A stretch of 64,000 bases of DNA from Styela clava (taxonomy: Eukaryota), in NCBI RefSeq assembly GCF_964204865.1, contig NC_135250.1, forward strand, positions 7,688,001-7,752,000, in the 5' to 3' direction. Both the position numbers and the translations under genes were made by a program. Shown here in pieces: positions 48,680 through 62,900 of this stretch. How positions within the stretch are numbered: the first letter of the stretch is position 1; each line of letters starts with the position of its first letter. The notes beneath the pieces are model-generated. The model was not told where the DNA came from. It was given only the letters and a program-made list of their open reading frames with translations, and searched no databases.

Positions 48680-49341
48680 TTTGACGTTCTTCTCTGGTAA
48701 TTGTAGACTGATAGAAAATACTTAAATGTTCCATCCATTTATACGTTTTTCTCTTACGCAATTTTTTTTTCCCAACAATGAAATAAAGAATTTAAATTAT
48801 TTGGTAGAACAAATTGAACGCTTGTGATGTAATCTTGTTTCATCATCTCTATTAACAATATTTAATTTTGCTTCACGGATACCGCGATAAAAAATTGTAG
48901 GTGATTTTTATCGCCCTTGTTTCGTGACTATAGTTCTATATGACAATATTAACAATTATAACTACCTGGTGATATTGCTATATATTTTTCTCAAAATGGG
49001 GAAAGAGTAAAAAGCTATTTACGACGCAACAAGAGGCTGATATGAAAACATCGTCAATAAAAGTTTATGCGTACTCAATTTTCATTTATTATGAAATCAG
49101 TTTACTTAATATTTCAATTACGAATGTGAGTTGCCAGTAAAATAGCAGAAGAAATATACTTGAGGGTTTTTAAAACCACCGCTGTGGAATATTATTTGCT
49201 GACTTTCTATTTGTCCAATAAATATCAGTATTTGTGAAGAATGTTAGTTATTGTTACGATTTACTCCGTGAAATATAAACGGAATTACTATTAACTTTTA
49301 CAGTAACATGTATTTTATTTCACTCATCATAGAAAATAATT

Positions 49342-49441
49342 GGTACTCCTGAAGTAGTGAATCAAGATGGTGGGCACCCTAAACTGAACAACTACTGCGT
49401 TCCGGTGTCCGCCATCTTGGTTCAAATACTTTGGGAGTACC
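49342..49441. mobile_element. 100-bp palindromic MITE
   Basis: Long imperfect inverted repeat GGTACTCCTGAAGTAGTGAATCAAGATGGTGGGCACC / GGTGTCCGCCATCTTGGTTCAAATACTTTGGGAGTACC. Absent from the matching position in unit 2. Confidence 0.75.
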
Positions 49442-50352
49442 AAATATTTTAGAATAAATAAATAGTATAAAAATATCTCAATTGTTTTTTTCAACTTTTT
49501 TCAGATAATACCGATTCTTTGATTCATATATATTTCACAATGTTCTCATGGCGCAATATTCTATTATTCTATTATTTACTTATTCTATTATATTTCACGT
49601 ATTACGACACGGCTGATGAAACTTTTACTGATAGAAAATCCATCTTTGGTATTCGTGTCACAATATCAAGCTCGCAAACTTGGATCATTATTCATGATTT
49701 TGTCATTTTTACATGCAACGAACGAATCAAATTCCAATGTATGGTCCAAGCTTTATCAGTGGTTATGGAGTATTATAATTTTACTATTTAACGTGCTTGC
49801 ATATCGACCCAGACTGCGAATAGTATTTGTTTAATCTGATCTGAATTTGACCCGTTTTAACGCGCTCTAACACTGCATGGATAAAGTATGCCAATACAAT
49901 ATAGTCATCACAAAGCTTTTTTTTTTATGACACATGTTTATTCAAGGTGTAATCAAAATTTTTAAGCATCATATAAAAGAAAACAAACTTCTTATATAAA
50001 ATCATAGCTACAGCCTCGATTCAAGCACTTTGTAGGATAATGCAATGCTGAATAAGTTGCCAGTTTTAACGTAATACCAATCCCCGCACATCAAACTGAA
50101 TGAATTATCGGAAAGGCTTAAATTTGGGTCTCAAATTTGTGAACGTTGCACTTTTAATAATTTAGGGAATTTTTAATTGTGTGATATATATATATATATA
50201 ATTATATTAACGCTAAACCGTTAAATTAACGATTGAATTAAGAAAGTTCGATGTGCGAGGGTTCAACTGCCTCCTGACTGGAACTTTTTCCATAGTGGTA
50301 ACCAGTTATAAAAAAACATTGAGCTTTGAAAAATGAACCAAATCACACGTAC

Positions 50353-51325
50353 CGTTACTCCTTTGTCTCTCAGTGCTTTCGAAGGAGCTAATACATCAAC
50401 TCCTGCTTTTCCGTCAGTGATGACAAATACTACATCGTTGACGTCTGGTCGGTTTCCGTTTTCTGGAGTCAGACTTACCTCAAGAGCGTGCTGGAGAGCA
50501 TTTCATGTTAGGGATCCTATTGAAATAATATGAATAAAGTTTCTCTTTGTAAACGATACCATACATGGTCAATCCTCCAATTATTCGAGAATTATTTTGT
50601 TCATTTGCCAGGTCTTCGGCTGTTTGGTGTTAACGATTATAATAGCTAAGGTGAAAAAATTTCAACTTTGCGGTTACTAACGGTAAGCTAAGAGTTTCAT
50701 TTCAATAGAAAAATTCACAAAAACGCAAATAAATAAATAAATATAATGCTCGTCGTCCACACACCCCTGCCATTGTACTCAAACTCATTGGATGCCTGGA
50801 AAAATTTCTCAAAGTCGTCCGGGAAGCTGTTTAAAAATATTTGAGACTCCATATCTACTTCATTGTTGTACCAAAACATAGCAAAGTTGACAGCTGTTCT
50901 GTTGATTATGAAAGACCTGAAGCGAATAAATATAGACGATCCGTCACATTTCTTATAGTCCTAGTTAGTAATTTTTTCTTCGAATCTTTGTTTGAATCTA
51001 AGCTTTGGTGCCGTTTTGTATACTAAATACAGGCACTCTATTTTATTGTATATTCTCATTGCACAAAATGTGGCAACATAGAAATGAGGTTAAGGCCTTG
51101 GTCACGCATGAATAGTACTTTGCTAGAAGTTCGAGAATTTTCGCGCCAATTTCCGGCGTTTCGGCGATGTTAGTGTAAGGGCTTAGTGGACAGTATTTTC
51201 GACTGTTTATGCCTCGAAAGCAGAGTGCAGTTAGCACGAATGCAGTTAGCATGAACCAATTTTCAATACCAATTGACGAGGAAAAGTTCATAACATCGAC
51301 AACATCTACGAATGCATATGGAGGA
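50353..51325 (-). pseudogene. Orphan partial copy of the VWA exons of the CCP-VWA gene
   Basis: Paralogous to 57377-58741 but broken. It starts inside the exon (no acceptor), the MIDAS MDSSSS has become MNFSSS, the exon-1 donor is deleted, there is an in-frame TGA in exon 3 (GGA TCC CTA ACA TGA), and the last exon is missing. Confidence 0.85.
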
Positions 51326-53704
51326 AACTTGAAAAATCCTATTGAATCCTATTGTATATCGACGGTTGCTCACACTACCTTAATCCGGTGTAGAATCACC
51401 CCGCCTACGAGTAAGGGAAGAGAAACTTCATCAAATTTATATCACTACTCCATTAGTCTATTTTTCAAGGTGATAAATTTAATTATTCTGCTGTCAAAAC
51501 ATTTAAGAATTTTTGGTTTCGTATCGCAAACAAATTTGAAATTTAGGCGGTAAAACTTCGTTTTGTAATTCGCTCAGTTAGGATGATGCAATCTGTACGA
51601 CAAGTCAAGCAGCGTTTTGTCAAATGAGAAATGGCTAATATTATAATTATTCTGGCACAACGGATTTCAAATATATATATTAAGTAGACCGGATAAGAAT
51701 ATAATTATGTGCATTTTTTCATAACGAACCATCAAATTTTCATCGGATGCAGCAATTCAAATGTTAAATATCAAATAAATAAAAATTTGCTGCTTGCAGT
51801 TGCTTCATTGCTACGTCTCATGGAATTTCCAACAAAAACTTATCAGACTGTCCACTGACTTTTAGTGACGAAATCCCAGAGACATCTCGAGTTGACCTTC
51901 TTTAATTTTTGTGTTTTTATGCATACGAGGGCGCGAGTTTTATTGACTGTACTCAATGTAAAACACAATCAAAATTAAGCGTATTGTATTTTTGTCTTTC
52001 CGTTTAGCCTATCGGGTTGTCTATTATACGCCAGATGTAAATAAATCCCTAGCTATGATTTGAAACTACAAGTAGGCAAATCGGAAGCGATACGGTTCAG
52101 GTTGTAATATTTTGATAGCTATCGTAAAGAATATCTTGTATTAAGGTTTTAGATTGAACACATAATACCCGATACTACAAAAAGTCAACATTTGTAGACT
52201 CATAAGCTGTTAATATTTAAAGCGGTTTTTATTGATTTTTCTTAGTCGTTTTCATTGTGTGACAGCGACCCATTCAGAAAATGGTTTTTTTTATTAAGTG
52301 GCAATCGGTAAACTGAGAAGGGGCGCCATCGAGCCGCATTCCACTTGGGGAAGTTATCTCAATTGTTTCTTCTCTCACTTAGTTGACAGAAAAAAGATTT
52401 CATGGACGGAACAAAATGTTACAAAATGGCGGACACGCGAAATAACGTGACCAGGCAAATTTCTTGGTAGGGAGAAATTTTCATAGTGGCATCTGTAACT
52501 ACCTATGTCTCGTATTTGTTTTCAAGACGTAATATTCACAACCTTAGCATGGTCCAATAGCGCACCTCGTTCAACGGGCGTAGTATTGTAGAGCGAGACT
52601 AGAAAGATGAGTGAAAAACTACTCGAGTGGATCGTGATGTCAAAATATGCTATGTCATTTTTCAACGTGATGGTATCATTTTCTTCATTGCATCAAATCA
52701 AATAGTTTGATTAGAATTTTGTTGAAAATTAATTTTTAGAATAGATTTGGTAGTGAGCTAAACACGGAATTTGGTTGATGAAAGAAGCCTTATATACTCA
52801 TGCTGAATCGAATACAAAGTCTCGCAAATCGAGTTCAGACTTACCGAGAAAATACTGATCGTGAAAAAATAGAAATCATGATCGGTTCAAAAATATAAAA
52901 TCATCCGGTATGATACCTAAATAAGTACAATAAATAAACTAACGAAAAATAATGTGTAATTTCATAACAATCGTTTGATGACGGTAGAAAATTATTAGAC
53001 ACAGTGGAACAAAACAAAAATAAAACAAATGACATTGTTATTTGATTGAAAAGGAAGATGAACTTGGATAACAAATATCAGAAAAATACAAATTTACATT
53101 GTAATTGAAAGTAGTGCGCCATTCAATTGATAATTGTCTAGTAGAAACATATTTAATGATCACCCTTCTCCAAAGAGCTCTATATTTAGTCTATAAACGA
53201 CCAATATAAATTTACTGACTTTGTTTTGCAGTCTTGAAGAGACGCTACGTGTTGTATACTTATATGTTTGAGGTAGTTGTAAATGATTTCATAAGGGAAA
53301 GAGTGAAAAACCTGAGCCATTTGTATAACCCATGTGGACGTATAGATTATTTGAAGATATCATCGACTGGAAATTAAATAATTTTGCGGTTATATCATTT
53401 AATTGAGGAAATTTCGCCTGTTTCATTCAATATATCTTGAAAAGTACTGATGGGATAAACGGAATAGCAACTGATTTTTAGACGGTGTGTGAAATTTTTC
53501 AATACACATCTGCTAGAAATGAAGTCACGCAACGAAGTGAACGAAACACCCTCAGGAATAGTGAGGCGGGTGAGCACATACGAGAAAAAAAGTGAATAAA
53601 TATAAATAACTAAATAAATACTATTATTAATAAATAATTCCTGCGTTCAAATTTCAGAACAAAAGTTGATATATATATGTTGCAGTTCAAGTAGCGTATA
53701 GGAA

Positions 53705-54414
53705 TTAACGTCTCAAAACACAACGGCATCCAATTGTGATGTTTGACACCAGAATCCACTCCCCATCATGAAAAAACTGTTTGTCAACATTGACCGGTTC
53801 GACTTCATATTTTAGATTTCGGTCTCGTATCACTGTTTTTGTCACTGGATCCCAGCATATTGGCAAACATATTGTAGTCGTAAAATTGAAGTTGTTACAA
53901 AGGACAAGAACGCTAGGATGCTGAAGTTCAAATCCATTTACATCGAGATCAAGAGGTTTGTCTAGCACGGGTTGACAACAATTGTCGATTGCCTCTGTCG
54001 AACTGGAAACATAATTTGTACGTATAATATTAATCTATTATTCACATAATTTGAAAGCCAAAAGAAGCCATGGCTCTTGGCTGGTGAACCAGTTTTAAAA
54101 ACTTTTTGTAGTTTGAAAAGCATAAATAGGATTTAGGTTATGAACATTTTGAGTCAGTGTGAGGAAGAAAGGCGAGAAAGCTGCTTAATTACCACGCCCT
54201 TTCGTTCGGTTACCAGTTCATGTCGAAGACGGGGTCTTTTAACCAGGTAATCGTTCCAGATTCCTGGACTAAATTATCTACGAGTATAAATATTATATTT
54301 CACAAATTTAGAAAAAGATAAAAAATATTTCTCGTAACTTTACCTGAAATCAAAAGTCGACGAAACTTGGAACAGGACACTCGCGATAAAAAGGCTCACT
54401 ATTTTAAAAAACAT
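53705..54414 (-). CDS. Secreted cystine-knot protein, divergent IL-17-like, copy B (122 aa)
   Basis: Exon 1 54414-54344 (MFFKIVSLFIASVLFQVSSTFDF) and exon 2 54002-53705. All 7 Cys and both N-glycosylation sequons (NFT, NIT) are shared with copy A. Confidence 0.75.
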
Positions 54415-56927
54415 TTTGACGTTCTTCTTTTGTAATTGTAGACTAATAGAAAATACTTGACAAGCCCACTCAATTTATATATACATATTTCTCTTCCGCA
54501 AATTTTTTTTTCAACACTGAGAAAAACAAGAATCGTCCTTGTTTCGTGACTATAGTTCTATATGACAATATTAACGATTATAACTACCTGGTGGACGGTG
54601 GTATTGCTATATATATTTCTCAAAATTGGGAAAGAGTAGAAACTATCTACGACGCAACAAGAGGCTGATATGGAAACATCGTCAATAAAAGTTTATGTGT
54701 CTTTACTTTTAATTTATTATTAAATTAGTTTACTTAAGAAATATTTCAATTACGAATGTGAGTTGCCAGTAAAATAGCAGAAGAAATATACTTGAGGGTT
54801 TTTGAAACCACCGCTGTGGAATATTATTTGCTGACTTTCTATTTGTCCAATAAATATCAGTATTTGTGAAGAATGTTAGTTATTATTACAATCTACTCCG
54901 TGCAATATAAACGGAATTACTATCAAATTTATACAGTAACATGTATTTTATTTCACTCATTATAGAAAATAATTTAATAAAAATTGTAAGCAAAGTTGTT
55001 GCTGCTGTTATCTTCTTCGTTAGTTGTTGATTAGTTACTTCATTTAATTATATCTTAGACTTATACAATCTAGACTCCAATATAAAACAATTATATTAAT
55101 CAGAAGTTATACGTGTTCAAATTAGGAACTCTTGTTAATTTTATATAACAGATCAACACAGTTTCCATAATTTAATAATATTTTATCGCTCCGTTCAAAC
55201 AAATTACGATCATCAATAACAAGACTTTATAAAACACAACTTAAATCATAAAGTATAAACTGTACCTCAAACAGATTCGTCTATGAGATAACAACATAAT
55301 TAGCTAGAACAGCTAACCTTTCTCCCACCACTCTATTTTTCTTTGTCCTGATCAGTCTATTAAAAATGGAACTGGAGGTTTCTCGATTTTGTGGATAATT
55401 TATCTATCTTTATTTATTACTTTTTCGGGAAGAAGGTTTTTATAGACCAATCAAATTCTAGTTTGTCTCGTTTTCGATAAGAGGAATTTGGGATGCGCAC
55501 GATTAGGTCAAATATCTTGAAAAATTATGAAATGACCTATAGTTTATGTTAAAAATGGCGATGATTTCATTGTCCCGTGAGTATGAATCTTTGTTTTTTG
55601 CTCATGGAAATTTACAGGTGCTCCGTCGAAAGTCAAAGTTTTAGGATTAATTGGGGGTAATATCCGATGATTTAAAGTGACAAATTGGCAAAAATCTTCA
55701 ATCGGGTGTATAATACACCCCAGGGTGTACCATAAAGTTTGAAGGGTGTACCACATCGATAGGGTGTACCGTACCGAATGTTGTAGGGTACACACTAACA
55801 CATGATATGTTAATTGAATAGGTTAATATTGACAGTGGTATACTGGTATGTAATATCTAACGGTTTAACCTATACTCAAACTTAAGGCTAACGGGCTAAG
55901 GCTAAGTTATGAAAAAGCTCAGATAAGGAATTTGGATATTGTTCTCAGGGTTATCATAAAAGTTGTTCATTTTGTTCGGCCTCATTCCAAAAGCATAGAA
56001 TGTTTCCAGAAATTGGCGCATGGAGAGACATAGAAGCAAATAAATTGAGGTCCGAAACAAGGGGATTACCTCACTTTGCGCAACTGAATGATGGAATTCA
56101 ATTAATGAACTATTGCGTCGACATATTAAAAACGTAGGATTGGCGAGGTTTACCAGATTTTGAGAGAGTAGTATTTGTTCAAACTGATCTGAATTCAACC
56201 CGTTTTAACGCGCTCTAACACTACATGGATAAAAAAAATGCAAATACTATAGTCATCACAAAGCCGCCATCCCTTTACAACTATAGACACTTTTATGATA
56301 CATGTTTATTCAAGGTCTAATCACAATTTTTAAGCATCATATGAAAGCAAACAAACTTTTCGTATAAAATCATCGCTACAGCTCGATGCTAGATTTAAGC
56401 ACTTTGTAGGATAATGCAATGCTGAATACGTTGTCAGTTTTATCAAATACCAAACCCCGCACAAACTGAATGAATAATCGGAAAGGTTTAAAATTGGGTC
56501 TCAAATTTGTGAACGTTGTACTTTCAGTAATTTAGGGAATTTCTAATTGTGTGATATATATAATCCTATTAACGCTAAATTGACGTTCTCTATCTAGTGA
56601 TTGTTGCTTAAATAAATTAATTTTACACTTGAATTGTGGTAACAAAATATTTTAGTTTTGAGGAGCGCGAGACTACTTTCAATATCTGGCCGTGAAACAC
56701 ATGTAGATTTTAGGCAAACAGTAAAAATCTGTCTGATCGTGGTGGATCCGTGTGAAAACGTTTTATAAATATTCAGCGATAAATATAGCATTCTCGATGC
56801 CAAACATGTAAAGCATTTTGGGGTATATATATTGTCTGTTCATTTGTGGAATGTTACGGCTACACAAAAATGATAAATGTTCTATAAAAACTACTACGTT
56901 GTAACAATTCATTCAAAAATATAATTT

Positions 56928-59900
56928 TCAAGTGCATGGTTGTCCACAAATTGTTTTACTGAGTTTTAACCCAAATTCTGATGTCAGTCCAGCGAATCCA
57001 GCTTCAGCAATCACAAGATTATCCTGTTTACCCGCTATTTGTTGTAATTGCTTCAAATCGAGAAATCCTCTCAGTGGCTTAATTCCAAGTACAAGCACCT
57101 GAGTAAACAAATAAATTATAAAACATTCACAGTGAAGGTTTCATATTCAAGATGAAATCTGCGCGATTGAACAAAGTTCGATTTGCGAAGATTTTATTTT
57201 TATGCTCAAGTTGGATAAGATGAATAATATACCAGTATATGTTCACACTTTTGTCACAATTATAAAATCCTTTCACAAAAGTTTCATTCGCTTTAACTAC
57301 TTCCTGACTGGAACTTTTTTCATAGTGGTAACCAGTTATAAAACATTGAACTTGGAAAAATAACGAAAACACGTACCGTTACTCCTCTTTCTCTCAATGC
57401 TTGCGAAGGAGCTAATACATCATCTCCTGCTTTTCCGTCAGTGATAACAAATACTACATCTTTGATGTCTGGTCGGTTTCCGTTTTCTGGAGTCAAACTT
57501 ACCTCAAGAGCGTGCTGGAGAGCCTTTCCTGTTAGGGTTCCTGTTAAAATATGATTGAAGTTTCTCTTTGTAAACCAGGGGTTCTCAACCACTTTCCTGT
57601 TAATTGTACCCCCGAATCACGAAGCAATCAACCCGAACCCCCAGTAATCAGACACCAAAAAAAATTGTAATATATTGACCGACATGCCCATTTTTGTCAA
57701 TGGCAGTAAACCCATGCTGAATGTAGGATTCATCATACTTTCCTTCGCTGATGAGGACATAACTAAATTAGTTTTTGTTATTTTGCATTCTCCTCTGGTA
57801 GTAAAATATATTCAATAAATAGCAACAAATCAAAACGCAACTGCCATCAGAGTACCCCTGGGAATCTCCCCGTGAACCACTAGGGGTTCGCGAACCTCAG
57901 GTTAAAAAACCCTGTTGTAAATGATACCATTACATGATCAAAATTTCTCCAATTTTTGAGAATATTTCTGTTCATTTACCAGTACTTCGGCTGTTAGGTG
58001 TCAACGTTTATAATAGCTAGAGTCAAAAAGTTTCAACTTTGTCTGTTAGTAGCGCTCAGCTAAAAATCTTATTTCAATGAAAAAAAAAAAAACGCAACAA
58101 TAAAATAAATATAATGCTCTTCGTCCACTCACCCCTGCCATTGTACTCAAACTTATTGAATGCCTGGACAAGTTTCTCGACGTCATCCGGAAAGCTGTTT
58201 AAAAATATTTGAGACTCCGTATCTATTTCATTGTTGTACCGAAACATAGCAAAGTTGACAGCTGTTCTGTCGATTATGAAGGACCTGGAGCAAATAAATA
58301 TAGACGATCCGTCACATTTCTTTTTGTCAAAGTTAGTGATTTCTCTGAGTCTTTGTATAAATCTAAGCAATGGTGCCGTTTTGTATACTAAATATATTTT
58401 ATTGCATATTTCCATTCAACAAATTGTGGCAACACAGAAACAAAGTCATGGCATTGGTCACGCATGGTTAGTACTTTGCTGAACAGAAGTATGAGAATTT
58501 TCGCGCCAAATTTCTGGCGTTTCAGCGATGTTAGTGGAAAGGGTTGTCTCAATTTCCGACTGTTTTTATCCTCGAAAGTATAGGAAACAGAATAGGTATG
58601 TAGGGTATTAATATTTTTATCTCGTTACTAGTTCACCTGAGTATCCCTTCGACGAATGCAGTTAGCATGAACCAATTTTCAATACCAATTGACGAAGAAG
58701 AGTCCATGACAACGACAACATCTACCAGTGCATATGGAGGACACGATCCTAAAAAGTTTGTAGAATTTTGATAATTAGACATTTTGTACCTTAAAAATGA
58801 TTTACATAGAGTACCTTTTTACTAACTTGAACAGCATGGTTTAGGCAACGTCCATCGTTGGTTTATCTGGCAGACTGTTCGAAGTCTTTCAGCCGGGTAG
58901 ACATTGTATCCTTCATCAATACATTCAAATACGCAGGTGGATCTGACGGCAGTTCCGTCTGTACAAACAATTCTACCGTGTTCTAAATCCCCTTGGTCAT
59001 CACAGTATAATTCTGAAAAGAAAGGTAGCTATAAAATATAGCGGATATCAGGTAGGACGGATAAATAAAAATTCCAAATACTTTACTTTCACAAATGGGC
59101 AATGGCGCACTCCATTCCCCATTCCCAAGACATTCACTGAACTGTTCTCCAACTAATTTTGTTGTAAAGTGGCAGGTCACTCTAGAAAATAAACACATGG
59201 TTATATATAATGGGATGGTATTTCTTATGTAGTTTATCATGTATTTTGCGTTCAATTTTCTTTGTTTTAGAGTAAGCGCTTGATTTTTCAGTATTAGCAT
59301 TTTTTGATTACCTTACCTGAAACGACTGCATTGTAAAAACAGTTGCCAATATAGAGTCTGGGGCAAAAAATGGTTGATTTAAAAATTACTGCTCAATCTA
59401 CTACAACTCACGCGCATCGACTCGAGTAATTCACTCCATTTGTGCACTTTGTTGAACCATCTATAACTTCGCTTCTAGAAGGACAGTAAATAGCTGTAAA
59501 TTAAATTAGAGATAAAGCCAAAGTTTTTTTTTTAGTGTTTAAAAAGTATGTTTCAAATCTACGTAATATGATTACAACAAATCTATATGAACGATCAGAC
59601 TCATAATAAACCATTTTAATAAACTTTATATACTATGGATTGTAACCACATTTGTGGTACTCTTGTGTGCGCGCTGAACTTGTTCTTATTAGTACTTACA
59701 TATGTTTCCCCGAAATAGCAATATGGATATAACATGGGTGGCAATAAGTAATTGTACAATAAAAACCATTATCCCTACCTTCACACACAGGTAAATCGTC
59801 ACTCCATTCTCCAATTGGTAAACATTCGCTATCTGTCACACCCACCATTTTGAATCCAAGGTAACAGAAAGCTCTGTCATTAAAAATTAACTATGATATT

Positions 59901-62900
59901 TAGAATATATAAAGGATGAATAAAATAACAAAACAGTTTTGTGAATATAAAATTACAAAAAAGTTGAAAACGAGGCGGGTGCAGAAAATGGTACCATAAC
60001 TAGTTGAACACGACGCTTTTTGTTTGGATTATGGCAGCTATGCAAAAACAACTAGCATGTACTATATATATTACTTTTTGTCATTGTGTATGGACATGGC
60101 ACGAAATAAAAAAAAAAAGCATGATTATCACTTAATGTTAGTAAATGGATTAAATTATGTTAACAATACTTTTTATTCAGTTTTGTTATATGAATGCGAT
60201 CAACGCCAGAGTGTGATCATGTTTCCTATTATCACCTAGGTCTGGTCTAGAAATATTTAGCAACGCATTGGAGATGAACGTCGTTGCTATATTTATAAAC
60301 AGTACTATTTTCATTATATCATATATAGATAAAGCGTTGTGTTGAAAAACTTACTCACACACGCTGTTGATGTTATTTTCATTGGAACATGTGACTTGCC
60401 CATCTACCATTTTTTCTCGCTGAGGACACATTCTTTCTGAATTCATCAATCAATCATTTAGACATGAATTCACATATAGAATAAAGTATTAAAAAAAGAA
60501 AAAACACGTACTGTTGCAGATGGGCAGATCAACGCTCCAACTCCCAGATTCCATGCATTCGCTCGTTTCGTCTCCCACAATGTCATAAAATACTTCACAT
60601 GCAACTCTAAAAACATGTATTGCTATTAAACAAGTACACAAGAAAAAGACAATTTTCTTGATAAATTCTTACGTGCATTCGCTTTCGTAGAAAAATTCAT
60701 CTGTGCAGCTAATGATTCCATTATCTACAGATGTGCGAGGAGGACAGACAATTTCTACATAAAGAAATAATAATTTGACTTCAAAAGGGCCAAATGGTGA
60801 GCAATAACTTTTATTTACGTCCAACATTTATCATAGCAAAATATTATTTTGACATAAGGAAGGTTTTTTACTATTTGATATGAGTGGGTTGAACATTTTA
60901 TCCTTGGCATTGCCGGAGACGTACATAATTTTCTGTTTTGATAGATGACTTTTCCACATGATGGATGCATAGCCGCAAGATGGCGCTAGAGGGGTTTCAT
61001 ACTCCTTTTTCATTCGATACTTACTTTGACATGTAGGCAGGTCAAGACTCCACTCAGCTGAATTTAAACAGGTACTCGACGGAGTTCCGATCATAATTCT
61101 GCCAGTATGGCAGATTGTTCTGTGAAACCCAGGAAAAACATGGTATTTATTATAAAAAATAGGTTGTTAGTATTTTGCTCATTTCTCGGAACTGCGTTTC
61201 TTTTGAAGATGTTTAAATTTCTACACACCATAGAATAGAAGTTCTTTCTAACATTAGCATATTCAGTATTTTAGACAACGGAAATACTTACGTGCATATG
61301 CTACGAGCAATATTGCTGTTTGTGCATTCAACAGTTCCCCCTATTATGGCAGTTCGTGGTGAACACAAGATATCTGAAAAAATGTTCGCAGACTTTTGAG
61401 CATATAAAATCAGGTTTACTCGACATTGTATCAATTCGTTTCAGGTTTTAAAATTGAGCAAATATACCAAACAATAACAGGCTAACAGTTTTACGTATTA
61501 TAGTTTGTCGGTTTTCCAAAGTCTCCTCTAGGCAACAGCATTTCACCCATTGGCGAATCAAATCAAAAACTTTGCTTAAGAATGTTTTACCAGTGTTTGC
61601 CCGATTTCTAAAAATATGGCTATAACTAACGACTCAATACTGCTTGTGGTAAAAAAGTGTTATCTTAAACACTTTGGGTTCAGCCAATCACAGAACTTTC
61701 ATTGAAGTATTGCAACTCTATCTATTTTTAAAGAAATTCGTACCATCGCATGTAGCTAGCGGTTCGCTCCATTCACTTGAACGTAGACACGAACTGGTCG
61801 CTGTGCCTTTAACTTCTTTGCCATCATTGCATGATACTCTGTAAAATGGTGAACAGCATAGAAAAGGGTGTGCATTGTTGTCGTGAAGTTAGCTCGGTTA
61901 AATCCATAAAAATTTTATATTCGTGGAGCTTATAGGAACACACTTTTGAATATACGCTCACTATTTGAACGATAGCGAGCAGGAGAGATGCATGGTACTT
62001 TAAAATCACTTTTTCAAAGCTACAGAACTCAGTACGACACAATTTCCATTGGCTTAAATTACGTATTGGGCACGACACTAATGAAAAATATAATAAACAA
62101 ATCTATTACGTGCATAAACTCCGGGCGTAGCTTTCATCAGTGCAGGTCACCGTACCTCCAACTACTCGACCTCTATTTCTGCATTGCTGCCCTGTGATGG
62201 TTTAATAAAATATATAGATTTTCATATCAAACAATTTAGCATTATTAAAGAGGGTGGGTTATGTTAACTTATGTACGCCAACTTGTACCTTTCCAAAATG
62301 CGAAACTTGGCTAAATGTCAAAGTGTGGGTATATCTATATCACAAAAGTGTTCACTTGGAACGATTCATAAAATATAGGAATGCTTTCTGTCGCAATCTG
62401 ACCCTAAATTTCCTACCAGACCCACAGTAGCGACAGAAGTAAACAAGAGAGCAATCAACAGCAAATTTCTGCGTGAAATATCGGGTCGCTTCATGTCGAG
62501 TAAATGATTGGATGAAAAAAATTGAAAATACAAATTTTAAACGAATAAAACGACATTCACAATCTTACTCTGGCAAGCAGCAAGTGGTGCACTCCATTCT
62601 CCCGAGTCTAAACATATGCTAACTGGTGTGTTGATTATTGTCCTGAAAAGTTCACACTCGACCCTAATAAAAGAAAAGCGTATGACATGGAGTATATATT
62701 AATGTTTACCGGTTTAACCTTTCAGTTTTCACCAACATTTACTTAACACACTTACGTGCATATGCTTTTTGCTAAATTTCCATTCGTGCATTTTACTGTA
62801 CCACCTTCCACAGTTCCTCGAGGTTCACAAACTATTTCTGAAAACGGACAGTGAAAATGACAGTTACTGAATCATTAGCGACATAAAACCTGCCCTTTTC

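Larger units (their letters stand above)
45182..58744. repeat. Tandem segmental duplication: unit 1 about 45182-51328, unit 2 about 51325-58744
   Basis: Co-linear blocks: 45190-49340 matches 51335-54973; 49838-50217 matches 56185-56579; 50265-51325 matches 57295-58741. Confidence 0.92.

Noticed and set aside
50353-51325. Alternative 3' VWA exons of the CCP-VWA gene
   Set aside because: The first exon has no acceptor or donor, there is an in-frame stop, and the terminal exon is deleted.
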